Below are positions 1 to 9,485 of a stretch of 64,000 nucleotides of DNA, one piece after another (position 1 is the first letter of the stretch; every line of letters starts with the position of its first letter). The notes under the pieces are model-generated. The model was given only the letters and a program-made list of their open reading frames with translations, was not told where the DNA came from and ran no database searches. The stretch is taken from positions 165,229 to 229,228 of the forward strand of contig JAFUNJ010000009.1 in NCBI GenBank assembly GCA_017482355.1, in the 5' to 3' direction. The DNA comes from Clostridia bacterium (GTDB lineage Bacteria; Bacillota; Clostridia; Oscillospirales; CAG-272). A program made the translations under genes and the position numbers.

Positions 1-383
1 GAATTATACGCTTCGGTGAAGTTACCGTAAGGGGTTCTTTCGCCGACGCCGAAGATTTTGCCTGCCGCGATGTGTGCGAAGGCGCCGACGGTACCCGAAT
101 ACGCGATCTTCATTCCGCTCATAAGTCGGTTCTGATACGCTCTTGATATCTTCATCGTTTCGGTTATGTAGTTGACGTAGTACTCTCTGATCACGGGATC
201 GGAAACGTACTCGCAGTTGCGCGTTACGACCTCGCGCTCGCGCTTTTCATCGAGGATCGGCATGCCGACGCTTTTTTTGTGCTCGGCAACCTGCTCAGCT
301 GCTCTCATACGGCGTTCAAAGAGCTTTGCCATTTCCTTGTCTATTTCGTTTATTTCTGCTCTGACTTTTGTAAGATCGCTCAT
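1..383 (-). CDS. pheA: Chorismate mutase / prephenate dehydratase (bifunctional PheA-type), N-terminal part; gene runs off the left edge
   Basis: Not in the ORF track. My own translation from ATG at 383-381 (GGGAGA RBS upstream) gives MSDLTKVRAEINEIDKEMAKLFERRMRAAEQVAEHKKSVGMPILDEKREREV, a chorismate mutase type II pattern. It continues MKIAYSGTVGAFAHIAA, a prephenate dehydratase N-terminus. Confidence 0.75.
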   Translation of the reverse strand, partial: MSDLTKVRAEINEIDKEMAKLFERRMRAAEQVAEHKKSVGMPILDEKREREVVTRNCEYVSDPVIREYYVNYITETMKISRAYQNRLMSGMKIAYSGTVGAFAHIAAGKIFGVGERTPYGNFTEAYN

Positions 384-483
384 TGTATTCTCCCAATCGG
401 GTTGGTTTTTAGAAAAAAATTGCTATAATATCATATTATATAACACAAAACAAATAATTTCAATATGCTAAAGCAATTTTTAT

Positions 484-512
484 TGACGAAATTGAAAAAA
501 AGTGTTATTATG
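484..512 (+). promoter_or_regulatory. SigA-type promoter for the aminotransferase gene
   Basis: TTGACG (484-489), 17-nt spacer, TATTAT (507-512), about 30 nt upstream of the start codon. Confidence 0.5.
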
Positions 513-540
513 TTTTCATCAAGTGATTTAGGTGGTTTTT

Positions 541-1725
541 ATGATCAATTCCGAAATGTACCGTCTCGGATCGGCGCCGTCGTCGATCAGAGAGCTTTTT
601 GAATACGGAAAGAAGCTGAAAAAGGAGATAGGCGATGAAAACGTCTTTGATTTCAGCTTGGGTAATCCCTCGACGCCTCCTCCTCAGACAGTTTTATCCG
701 AAATGAAAAAAATTCTTACAGAGAGCGAGCCGTGTGCTCTTCACGGCTATTCGTCGGCGCAGGGAGATCCCGCGACGCGCAAGGCGATAGCGAATGATCT
801 TGCGACGCGTTACGGCGCGAAGATCTCGCCCGACAAGATATATATGACCTGCGGTGCGGCGGCTTCCCTTTGTATTACCGTCCGCGCGCTCGCTAATAGC
901 GAGCGTAACGAGTTTATCGTTCAGGCGCCGTTTTTCCCCGAATACAAGGTGTTTACCGAGAATAACGGCGGAAAGCTTCTCGTTGCCGAGGCGGACACCG
1001 AGAATTTTGAACTGAATATTCCGGAAATAAAGAAGCTGATAAGTGAGAGAACGCAGGGGATTATTATCAATTCTCCGAACAATCCCTCGGGCGTTATTTA
1101 CAGCAAAAAGTCGCTTACCGAGCTTGCTTTGCTTCTAAGTGAAAAATCGAAGGAATACGGTCACCCGATATACATAATTTCGGACGAGCCATACCGCGAG
1201 CTTACCTACGGTAAGAGAGTTCCGTATATACCAGATATTTACCCCGATACCGTTATTTGCTATTCCTACTCGAAGTCGCTTTCGCTCCCGGGTGAGCGAA
1301 TCGGTTATATCGCACTTCCCGACGGCGTGAGCGATATTGACGAGCTTTACTTCGCTATATGCGGTGCGGGCAGATCGCTCGGATACGTTTGCGCTCCGAC
1401 CTTTATGCAAAAGGTTGTCGGTGCCTGCACGGGTCAGGTGAGCGACCTTACCGTTTACAGAAAAAACCGCGACAATCTCTATGCCGCGCTTACCGTTATG
1501 GGCTACACCTGCGTTATTCCCGACGGGGCGTTTTATCTCTTCGTTAAAGCACCGGGCGGTGATGCCGTTAAATTCAGCGAAAAGGCAAAGGAGCTCGGAC
1601 TTCTTCTTGTTCCCGGTGACGGATTCGGCTGTCCCGGATATCTGCGCATTTCTTACTGTGTCTCGGAGGAGACGGTAAGACGCTCGCTTCCTGCCTTCGG
1701 ACGTGCAATAGATCTCTTTCAATGA
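541..1725 (+). CDS. Pyridoxal-phosphate-dependent aminotransferase, class I/II (aspartate/aromatic type)
   Basis: ATG at 541 with AGGTGG RBS; the track ORF starts at GTG 532. Motifs NSPNNPSG and SYSKSLSLPGERIGY (PLP lysine context) are typical of fold-type I aminotransferases. Confidence 0.85.
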   Translation: MINSEMYRLGSAPSSIRELFEYGKKLKKEIGDENVFDFSLGNPSTPPPQTVLSEMKKILTESEPCALHGYSSAQGDPATRKAIANDLATRYGAKISPDKIYMTCGAAASLCITVRALANSERNEFIVQAPFFPEYKVFTENNGGKLLVAEADTENFELNIPEIKKLISERTQGIIINSPNNPSGVIYSKKSLTELALLLSEKSKEYGHPIYIISDEPYRELTYGKRVPYIPDIYPDTVICYSYSKSLSLPGERIGYIALPDGVSDIDELYFAICGAGRSLGYVCAPTFMQKVVGACTGQVSDLTVYRKNRDNLYAALTVMGYTCVIPDGAFYLFVKAPGGDAVKFSEKAKELGLLLVPGDGFGCPGYLRISYCVSEETVRRSLPAFGRAIDLFQ

Positions 1726-2456
1726 CCGCGATTTTTGAAAACGAGAGCTTGACCGAGGTAAACGACGGAATCAAGCTCATACAGAACAAAAAAGGACTTA
1801 CCTACGGCACCGACGCTTATCTTCTTTCTGCTTTTATAAAAGGAAAAAAGACGGGTACCGCCGCCGAGATAGGGTCGGGGAGCGGCATAATTTCGCTTCT
1901 TTTGGCGCAAAGGGGTAAGTTTAAGAAGATATTTGCCCTTGAGGTGCAGGAGTATTACGCGTCTTTGACCGAACGGAATGCTGTTCTTAATTCTCTTGAC
2001 GGTGTTGTCGAGGCGGTATGCACCGACGCAAGAGATTTTAAGACCGAATGTGACGCGGTATTTATGAATCCGCCTTATATGAAGGTCGGAGACGGAAAGC
2101 GCAACGAGGACGACGGCAAATACGCCGCGCGTCACGAGCTTAACGGCGATATAGGCGATCTCTGCAATGCGGCTTCCTGTATGCTAAAGTCCGGCGGCGA
2201 CGCGTACGTCGTTTACCGTCCTGATAGGCTGACCGATCTTATATGTGCGCTACGCGAAAGCAAGCTCGAGCCGAAAAGCATCTGCTTTGTGTTTCAAAGT
2301 GCCTCTCACGCGCCATGTCTTGTTCTCGTTTCTGCCAAAAAAGGCGGAAAAAGAGGTGTTAACGTTATGAAACCGCTTATTCTGACCGACGGAAACGGAA
2401 ACGAAAGCGACGATTGCAAATACATTTACGACAACGGAAATTGGATGAAAGGATAA
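1722..2456 (+). CDS. SAM-dependent methyltransferase, tRNA1(Val) m6A37 (YfiC/TrmN6, B. subtilis YabB-like) family
   Basis: GSGSGIISLLLA SAM-binding loop and an NPPY motif (MNPPYMK). Sits next to rsmI as yabB-yabC does in Firmicutes. 4-nt overlap with the upstream gene. Confidence 0.7.
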   Translation: MTAIFENESLTEVNDGIKLIQNKKGLTYGTDAYLLSAFIKGKKTGTAAEIGSGSGIISLLLAQRGKFKKIFALEVQEYYASLTERNAVLNSLDGVVEAVCTDARDFKTECDAVFMNPPYMKVGDGKRNEDDGKYAARHELNGDIGDLCNAASCMLKSGGDAYVVYRPDRLTDLICALRESKLEPKSICFVFQSASHAPCLVLVSAKKGGKRGVNVMKPLILTDGNGNESDDCKYIYDNGNWMKG

Positions 2457-2460
2457 AAAT

Positions 2461-3330
2461 ATGTCAGATACCGAGAAAAACAAAATATTACCGTCGACGC
2501 TCTATCTCGTGGCGACACCGATAGGAAATCTCGACGATATGACATTCCGCGCCGTCAAGACCTTGACGGAGTGCGACTTTATTGCCGCCGAGGACACGAG
2601 AGTTACCGCAAAACTTCTTTCGGCTTACGAGATAAAGAAGCCGCTTGTGACCTACGAGGAGCACACCAAGCGCTCTGCGGGCGAAATGATACTGTCTCGC
2701 CTCAAAAACGGCGAAAGTTGTGCACTGGTGACCGATGCGGGAACGCCTGCCATCAGCGATCCGGGCGAGGATCTCGTCCGTCTCTGCGCCGAAAACGGAA
2801 TAAACGTCGTTGCAGTCCCCGGTGCCTGCGCGGCAGTCAACGCACTTGCGCTTTCGGGGCTTTCAACGCGCCGATTCGTCTTCGAGGGCTTCCTTGAGGG
2901 CAAGGATAACGCAAAAAAAGAGCGTCTTAATACGCTTGCGGGCGAGGACAGAAGTATCATCTTCTACGAGGCGCCTCACCGTCTGGCCGAAACGGTCGCT
3001 ATGATGGCTGACGCCTTCGGGCGCGACCGCAAGGCGGCTTTTTGCCGTGAGCTTACGAAGCGGAACGAGGAGGTCCTTCGTTTCACCCTTGGTGATGCCT
3101 TAACGCATTTTGAAAAGACAGAGCCGAGAGGCGAGTTCGTCATCGTCGTTGACGGCAGAAAGGATAGCGGCGATGCGTTTTGGGTCAATATGACTCTGCC
3201 CGAGCACGTTCTTTATTACGTTGACAAAATGGGACTTGACAAGATGTCTGCGGTAAAGGCGGCGGCAAAGGATAGGGGACTTCCCAAAAACGCGGTATAT
3301 AAGGAATTTCTGAATCACGAGAATAAATGA
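2461..3330 (+). CDS. rsmI: 16S rRNA (cytidine1402-2'-O)-methyltransferase
   Basis: N-terminus LYLVATPIGNLDDMTFRAVKTLTECDFIAAEDTR and TDAGTPAISDPG are hallmark RsmI (tetrapyrrole-methylase fold) motifs. Confidence 0.9.
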   Translation: MSDTEKNKILPSTLYLVATPIGNLDDMTFRAVKTLTECDFIAAEDTRVTAKLLSAYEIKKPLVTYEEHTKRSAGEMILSRLKNGESCALVTDAGTPAISDPGEDLVRLCAENGINVVAVPGACAAVNALALSGLSTRRFVFEGFLEGKDNAKKERLNTLAGEDRSIIFYEAPHRLAETVAMMADAFGRDRKAAFCRELTKRNEEVLRFTLGDALTHFEKTEPRGEFVIVVDGRKDSGDAFWVNMTLPEHVLYYVDKMGLDKMSAVKAAAKDRGLPKNAVYKEFLNHENK

Positions 3331-3333
3331 GAA

Positions 3334-3359
3334 GCGGCGGAGTGATCCGCCGTTTTTTC
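3334..3359 (+). terminator. Rho-independent terminator after rsmI
   Basis: GCGGCGG-AGTGAT-CCGCCG stem-loop followed by TTTTTT. Confidence 0.75.
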
Positions 3360-3678
3360 TAATTGTCTTTTTTTCGTCATTCTGAGCGAAGCGCCGCGAG
3401 GCGGAATCTAAAGATGCATTTTGTTCGCGGTGACGCGCTCGAAGATGCCGCATATTATATAAATACAGAGCAAATCACACCGACGGCAAAAATTCATTGT
3501 GGCTCAAAAAACGAAGCAAATCTTTCAACAAAACGCATAAAAACCGTCATAATCGGCTGTAAAATACTGACATATCGGAAAAAAACACAAAAAACCCTTG
3601 ATTTATTGAAAATTTTGTGTTACGATAGTATTTGGGTTATTTGGCGAAAATGATTTTTACGAAAGGAGAGCCACCGAA

Positions 3679-5142
3679 ATGGACTTCCGTGCCATACTCG
3701 AAAAGCTTAATAAAAAGCTGAACGTTGCACGCTCGTTTGTAAGCAAGGTGATGAAAAAGCGTCATGCAAGAACCATAGCGGCGGCATCCGTTATCGCTAT
3801 TCTCTTCGCTTCGTCAGCTACTATCGTTTCCGCAAGTGCTTCGGGAGTCGTGTATATCGACGGCGAGGCGGTGTGCAAGGTCGAAAGTCAAGCCGAGTTC
3901 GACCGTGCGCTTGCAATTCTTGAGAAGCTCCACGTTGAAAACGGAGTTTCCGACAGGACCGACAAAAAGATAACCTGTTCATTCACGCTCTCAACAGTCG
4001 AGAAGGTAAGCGCGAGCGAATGTGCCGACATTCTTTATAAGGAATGTATGAGGGACTACGTCCGTGCGTACTGCATCTCCATGAAGGGCATTGAGATCGG
4101 CTTCTGTGCTACATATTCCGAGGCAGAGCAGGTCGTTGAGCATTTCAGAGAGCATATTATCGACAGCGTTCTCGAAAACGACAGCGTTGCCGACTTCGTT
4201 GAGCTTACGACGGATTTCTCGATAGATTCGAAGATCTGCCGCTCCGACAGAGTAAAGGTGCCCGAAACGCTTTGCCGTACCGTTCTTAATATTGACGATC
4301 ATGACAAGACCGAGGACGGAGAATCGTCGAACAGAGTTACTGCGAGCGGAGCGCTTGATTTCCTTTACGTTGACAAGAATTTTGCCTTCGGTATGCTGAA
4401 GAACGAGGCGGAGGTCGAGCTTCCGAAGTTTGATTTCTCCTTCAACCTCGGACAGCTTAATTCTTCTATCGAATTTAAGACTTGTGTTATCGAGACGTAT
4501 TCCGAGATCATTCCGTTTGAAACCATAACGGTTGAGACCGACGAGCTTTACGTCGGACAGAGCGAGATCCAGGTTCAGGGTGAAAACGGTATTGCCGATA
4601 ACGAATACGAGATCGCTTACATAGACGGTGTTGAGGTCTCGAAAACACTCATTTCCTCAAACGTCATTTCCGAGCCGATCGCTTGCGTCAAGCTCGTCGG
4701 CACGAAGAATTATCCCTCTACCGCTCCGACAGGTTCGTTTATGTGGCCTGTTCTTGACAGATTCGTCATAACTTCGGGATTCGGCGTTAACCGCGAGGGA
4801 CTTGACGATGCGGGAACCTACCATAAGGCAATTGATATTGCGGCTGCGCGCGGCACCTCGCTTTACGCTGCCGACGGCGGTGTCGTAACCTTTGCTTCCT
4901 ACAGCGGAACTTACGGTCTTATCGTCAAGATCACTCATGAAAACGGAGTTGAGACGAGATACGCACACATGGACAGGATCGACGTTAAGGTCGGAGACAG
5001 AGTTTACAAGGGACAGATGATAGGAACTATGGGTATTACGGGACGCGTTACCGGTCCTCACGTTCATTTCGAGGTTCGTATCAACGGCAATCCCGTTAAT
5101 CCGAGAAATTACCTCCCCTCCGATAAGCCGTGGGAAAATTAA
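3679..5142 (+). CDS. Membrane-anchored M23 family metallopeptidase with a G5-like domain
   Basis: N-terminal TM (IAAASVIAILFASSATIVSASA). G5-like stretch (ITVETDELYVGQSEIQVQGENG...KLVGTK). C-terminal M23 motifs HKAIDIAA...GTYGLIVKITH...GPHVHFEVRINGNPVNP. Confidence 0.85.
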   Translation: MDFRAILEKLNKKLNVARSFVSKVMKKRHARTIAAASVIAILFASSATIVSASASGVVYIDGEAVCKVESQAEFDRALAILEKLHVENGVSDRTDKKITCSFTLSTVEKVSASECADILYKECMRDYVRAYCISMKGIEIGFCATYSEAEQVVEHFREHIIDSVLENDSVADFVELTTDFSIDSKICRSDRVKVPETLCRTVLNIDDHDKTEDGESSNRVTASGALDFLYVDKNFAFGMLKNEAEVELPKFDFSFNLGQLNSSIEFKTCVIETYSEIIPFETITVETDELYVGQSEIQVQGENGIADNEYEIAYIDGVEVSKTLISSNVISEPIACVKLVGTKNYPSTAPTGSFMWPVLDRFVITSGFGVNREGLDDAGTYHKAIDIAAARGTSLYAADGGVVTFASYSGTYGLIVKITHENGVETRYAHMDRIDVKVGDRVYKGQMIGTMGITGRVTGPHVHFEVRINGNPVNPRNYLPSDKPWEN

Positions 5143-5153
5143 GAATATGAATG

Positions 5154-5181
5154 AAAACCTCCGCAGAAGCGGAGGTTTTTT
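5154..5181 (+). terminator. Rho-independent terminator
   Basis: AAAACCTCCGC-AGAA-GCGGAGGTTTTTT. Confidence 0.85.
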
Positions 5182-5298
5182 GTATGCATTTTGAATTTGT
5201 ATTGTAGGGGCGGCGATTTGTAAAATGGCGGATGGAGTGAACGCGGCGAGTATGTGGATGATAGGTATGGATTCGCCGTTCAAAGCGACGGGTGCATC

Positions 5299-5327
5299 TT
5301 GACAATATATTAAATATATTATATAAT
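5299..5327 (+). promoter_or_regulatory. SigA-type promoter of the glycan biosynthesis locus
   Basis: TTGACA (5299-5304), 17-nt AT-rich spacer, TATAAT (5322-5327). Confidence 0.6.
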
Positions 5328-5377
5328 AATATTGTATGTCCAGAAATCAGAGGCGGAAAAGGAGCGTTCGGCCCATT

Positions 5378-6451
5378 ATGCGTTATCTTATAATATCAAA
5401 CAACGGCGGAATGCTCGTTATTTACCGCGGTGCGCTTTTGCGCGAGCTTCTCAAAAATGCGTCGGTGACGGCTTGCGTGCCGCACGGCGGCGAAGAGGAG
5501 CTGAAGAAGCTCGGCTGCGATATTGTTTATGCCGACGTTGACAGACGCGGAATAAATCCGATAAGCGATCTGAAGCTTTTTGGGCAGTACAAGAAGATAA
5601 TCAAAGAGGTCAATCCCGACGCGGTGATAACCTACTCGATAAAGCCGAATATCTACGGCGGTTACGCCTGCCGCAAGCTCGGCATCCCATATTATTTGCA
5701 CGTTCAGGGACTCGGAAGCGCCTTTTACCGAAAGGGATTAAAGACGGTCGTTTCGACTATGTACCGCGCAGCAGCAAAGAAGGCGAAAGCAGTTTTCTTT
5801 GAAAACGACGGCAACCGCGATCTTTTCGTGAATAAGAAAATTATTAAGAAGGATCAAGCCGTTGTGTTCAGCGGCGCGGGAGTTGATCTTGATGCCTTTT
5901 CTCTTACCCCTATGCCCGAGGGCGACGGTGTGAAATTCGCGTTTGTCAGTCGAATCATGAAGGAAAAGGGCGTGGACGAGCTGTTTTATGCCGCGAAGAA
6001 GTTGAAAAGCGAGTTTGGCGACCGATTTGAGCTTAGTATTGCCGGAATCTTTGAGGATTCCTACGAGCAGGTGGTGAATGAGCTTCACGAGAAGGGAATA
6101 ATCAACTACCTTGGATTCGTAAACGACGTGGTATCGCTATACAGATCCTGTGACGCCGTCGTTTTGCCGTCATACCACGAGGGAATGTCGAATGTGCTCC
6201 TCGAGGGTGCGGCGATCGGACGAGTGCTTGTAACTACCGACGTTTACGGTTGCCGCGAGGCGGTCGTTTCGGAAGAAAGCGGACTGATATGCCCCGTTCG
6301 CGACGGCGAGGCGCTTTACAGCGCGATGAAGCGTGTCTGCCTTATGTCGAAGGACGAAAGAGAGACGATGGGCAAGCGCGGACGCGAACACGTTGAAAAG
6401 AATTTCGACCGAAAAGAGGTCGTAAGAAAAACTGTCGAGGTAATAAAATGA
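5378..6451 (+). CDS. Glycosyltransferase family 4 (GT-B, group 1)
   Basis: Start moved to ATG 5378 (AAGGAG RBS; MRYLIISNNGG). C-terminal EGMSNVLLEGAAIGRVLVTTDVYGCRE is the GT4 E-x7-E region. Confidence 0.8.
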   Translation: MRYLIISNNGGMLVIYRGALLRELLKNASVTACVPHGGEEELKKLGCDIVYADVDRRGINPISDLKLFGQYKKIIKEVNPDAVITYSIKPNIYGGYACRKLGIPYYLHVQGLGSAFYRKGLKTVVSTMYRAAAKKAKAVFFENDGNRDLFVNKKIIKKDQAVVFSGAGVDLDAFSLTPMPEGDGVKFAFVSRIMKEKGVDELFYAAKKLKSEFGDRFELSIAGIFEDSYEQVVNELHEKGIINYLGFVNDVVSLYRSCDAVVLPSYHEGMSNVLLEGAAIGRVLVTTDVYGCREAVVSEESGLICPVRDGEALYSAMKRVCLMSKDERETMGKRGREHVEKNFDRKEVVRKTVEVIK

Positions 6452-7176
6452 TACCGAAGAAGATACATTACGTTTGGTTTGGCGGAAACTCGCTCCCGCA
6501 TCTGGGCAAAAAGTGCCTTAAGAGCTGGAAAAAGTATTGCCCCGACTATGAGATCGTTCTCTGGAACGAGAAAAATTTTGATATTTCGTCTTGCCCCCTT
6601 TACGTAAGACAGGCGTATGAAATGAAAAAATGGGCGTTCGTCAGCGACTACGCGCGCTTGAAGATCATATATGAAAACGGCGGGATCTATCTCGATACCG
6701 ATGTTGAGATAATAAAGAATATCGACTTTCTGCTTGAGCACGAGGCGTTTTTCGCTATCGAGTCGGACGGAATAACCGTCGCTTCGGGTCTCGGCTTCGG
6801 CGCAGAGCAGGGAAATGCTGCGGTCAAGACTATGATGGACGATTACGAGGGTCAGGCATTCTTAAAAGAGGACGGAAGCTTCGATCTTACGCCATGTCCC
6901 GTCCGCAATACCCGTTCGCTTTACAAATACGGCTTTGAAAAGGAAAACAAGGATCAGCTTTTGCCCGGCAACATAAGAATTCTGCCGTCGGAATATATGT
7001 GTCCGATGTTCTACTCTACGGGAATCTTAACGATCACCGACAAGACAATTTCGATACACCACTATTCGTCGAGCTGGATAAACGGCTGGGTTCGCTTCCG
7101 TGTTAAGATAACGCGCAAGCTCCGCCGAACCTTCGGTGAGCACTGCCTCGACTTTTTGAAAAGGAAAAAGAAATGA
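6448..7176 (+). CDS. Glycosyltransferase, GT32-like (DXD sugar-binding region)
   Basis: IPKKIHYVWFGG...SDYARLKIIYENGGIYLDTDVE matches the Gly_transf_sug/Caps_synth pattern. 4-nt overlaps with both neighbours. Confidence 0.75.
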   Translation: MIPKKIHYVWFGGNSLPHLGKKCLKSWKKYCPDYEIVLWNEKNFDISSCPLYVRQAYEMKKWAFVSDYARLKIIYENGGIYLDTDVEIIKNIDFLLEHEAFFAIESDGITVASGLGFGAEQGNAAVKTMMDDYEGQAFLKEDGSFDLTPCPVRNTRSLYKYGFEKENKDQLLPGNIRILPSEYMCPMFYSTGILTITDKTISIHHYSSSWINGWVRFRVKITRKLRRTFGEHCLDFLKRKKK

Positions 7177-8360
7177 AAAAGGTACTGGTTCTTTCGCACG
7201 CGATGTATATCGGCGGCGCGGAAAGAGCGCTTATCGGGCTTCTTTCCTCGTTCGATAAAAGTAAATATCAGGTTGACCTGTTTTTGATGAAGCACGACGG
7301 CGAGCTTTTTGACCTCATTCCCGAGGGCATTAATCTCCTTCCCGAGATCAAGCAGTATACCTGCCTCGGCGAGCCGATTGCGAACACCCTGAAAAAGGGC
7401 TGTTTTGGGGTCGCTTTCGGACGTTTTATAGGTAAAAAACGCGCAAAATCGTTCACTAAAAAGCACGGTCTTAAGAGTCCCGTCGGCGTTGAGGTCGAGT
7501 ACAGTCACAAGTACACGAAAAAATATATGCCGAAGATATCCGACACGGAATACGACCTCGTCATCAGCTTTTTGACTCCGCATTATTTCGGAATCGAAAA
7601 GTGCGTCGGCAAGAAAAAGCTTGCCTGGATACACACTGACTATTCGTTTATTGACATAGACACCGAGTCGGAGACGAGGATGTGGGAGCAATACGACGGT
7701 ATCGTGTCTATATCCGAGTCGGTAAGCAAAGCGTTTATATCGAAGTTCCCGACGCTCGGCGACAAGCTCGTTCGTATTGACAATATCTATTCCCCCGACG
7801 CTATCCGCAAGTCGGCGCTCGAGGGGCAAAGTGAGATAAAGACGGACAAGCCCGTCATCGTTTCCTGCGGACGGCTTCACGAGCAGAAGAATTTTGTGTC
7901 TGTTCCGATAATTGCGTCTGAGATGAAAAGGATCGGCGCGGATTTTCGATGGTACATTCTCGGAAGCGGAACAGAAGAGGGAAAGATCAGAGAAAATATT
8001 GAGAAATACGGCATGGAGGATACGGTCATCCTTCTCGGATCGAAGGCGAATCCTTATCCGTATATAGATGCCTGCGACGTTTACGCCCAGCCGAGCTTAT
8101 ACGAGGGCAAGGCGATTGCGGTGCTTGAAGCACAGATACTCGGCAAGCCGGTAGTTATTACCGATTTTGCAACCGCTAAGAGTCAGCTCAAGGACGGCTT
8201 CGACGGAATCATCGTTCCGCTTGAAAACCGCGCCTGTGCTGAGGGTATTGCTTCACTTCTTTTCGACGGCGAGCTTATGCTTATGCTTTCCGAAAACTGC
8301 ATGAGTACCGATTACGGCAACGCGTGCGAGGTCGAGAAGATTTACAAGTTTATGGAATAA
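7173..8360 (+). CDS. Glycosyltransferase family 4 (GT-B)
   Basis: C-terminal YAQPSLYEGKAIAVLEAQILGKPVVITDF is a GT-B donor-binding motif. Confidence 0.75.
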   Translation: MKKVLVLSHAMYIGGAERALIGLLSSFDKSKYQVDLFLMKHDGELFDLIPEGINLLPEIKQYTCLGEPIANTLKKGCFGVAFGRFIGKKRAKSFTKKHGLKSPVGVEVEYSHKYTKKYMPKISDTEYDLVISFLTPHYFGIEKCVGKKKLAWIHTDYSFIDIDTESETRMWEQYDGIVSISESVSKAFISKFPTLGDKLVRIDNIYSPDAIRKSALEGQSEIKTDKPVIVSCGRLHEQKNFVSVPIIASEMKRIGADFRWYILGSGTEEGKIRENIEKYGMEDTVILLGSKANPYPYIDACDVYAQPSLYEGKAIAVLEAQILGKPVVITDFATAKSQLKDGFDGIIVPLENRACAEGIASLLFDGELMLMLSENCMSTDYGNACEVEKIYKFME

Positions 8361-8363
8361 TTC

Positions 8364-8383
8364 GGGCGATTCGTGAATCGCCC
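8364..8383. repeat. GGGCGA...TCGCCC hairpin (REP-like element), possibly a weak terminator
   Basis: GGGCGATTCGTGAATCGCCC perfect hairpin with no U-tract. Same GGGCGA/TCGCCC arm type as the hairpins at 62481-62500 and 62522-62540. Confidence 0.4.
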
Positions 8384-8524
8384 TTGCGGTGTAGAGGAAA
8401 CGTGCAAAAGTATCGGGACGCTGTTTTACCTCCTCCAGCGGGAGAAGTCAAATCAACGTGGCATGGATTTCTAAAACGGCAGACAGCGTGAACGCCCTCT
8501 TGGATCGGAAGAAAGGAGCTTTAT

Positions 8525-9481
8525 ATGGAAAAGGTTTCGGTAATAATTCCAGCGTATAACGTAGAACGGTTTATTGCCGAGTGCGTTAACAGTATAAGGG
8601 AGCAGACCTATGAAAACCTCGAAATAATAATCGTCGACGACGGAAGCTCAGACAGTACGCTTGAAATATGCGAAAAGCTTGCGTCGGAGGACAATAGAAT
8701 AAAGATCATCAAGAATAACCACGGCGGTGTCAGTCGCTCGCGTAACGCGGGACTTGATAACGCAACCGGCGAGCTTATCGTTTCAGTCGACAGCGACGAC
8801 GTTATAGAGCGGGATATGATAAAGACGCTTTACGACAAGATGACTGAAACGGGCGCTGAGGTCGTTGCCTGCGGCTGCTCTTATATGAAGGAGGACGGCG
8901 AGCATATCGGAAATTATCCTCCCCCTGCCGAGCGTGTCTTAAGCGGACGCGACGCGCTTGAAGCGCGGGACAGCGGAGTCGGCGTAAACGCCATGATAGC
9001 GTCTCCCTGCGCGAAGCTCACAAGACGGAAGGTCTATGACGGGAAAAGGTATAAAGAGGATATCGTTTACGAGGATATGCACCTCATGCCTTATCTTTAT
9101 TTTGACGTTTTGAAGTTCGTTATAATCCCTTACTGCGGTTACCGTTACCGCCAAAGAGAGGGAAGTATAATGCATAGAATAGAGAGCGAGAGGGAGTATA
9201 AGTTCTATTTCGACATTTGGGCAGATCATGCCGAATTTTACCGTCAGAAGGGCGACATCGGGCTTGAGTATTACGTGCATAAAAACGCGGCGGACAAGAT
9301 CCTTATGGCTTGCCGCAGAAGAGAGGTCCCCGATGGGCTTGATAAATATTCGGTGAAAGAATTTAAGAAGCACTATAAATTTCTGAAAAAGCATGCGCCG
9401 AGCGCAAAGGAAAAGCTGAAATATCTTCTTTTCCGTTTGCTTGGCATAAAGGGCTATCGCGCGATAAGAAAAAAGGTGTAA
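8525..9481 (+). CDS. Glycosyltransferase family 2 (copy 1 of a tandem pair)
   Basis: MEKVSVIIPAYNVERFIAECVNS...VDDGSSD...VDSDD are GT-A/GT2 signatures. Confidence 0.85.
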   Translation: MEKVSVIIPAYNVERFIAECVNSIREQTYENLEIIIVDDGSSDSTLEICEKLASEDNRIKIIKNNHGGVSRSRNAGLDNATGELIVSVDSDDVIERDMIKTLYDKMTETGAEVVACGCSYMKEDGEHIGNYPPPAERVLSGRDALEARDSGVGVNAMIASPCAKLTRRKVYDGKRYKEDIVYEDMHLMPYLYFDVLKFVIIPYCGYRYRQREGSIMHRIESEREYKFYFDIWADHAEFYRQKGDIGLEYYVHKNAADKILMACRRREVPDGLDKYSVKEFKKHYKFLKKHAPSAKEKLKYLLFRLLGIKGYRAIRKKV

Positions 9482-9485
9482 GAAT

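Noticed and set aside
3363-3653. A 96-aa ORF, and the sequence GTCATTCTGAGCGAAGCGCCGCGAGGCGGAATC that resembles a dispersed clostridial repeat.
   Set aside because: The ORF has no RBS and lies in the rsmI terminator / M23 promoter gap. Only one copy of the putative repeat occurs in this window, so I cannot support it as a repeat from this sequence alone.
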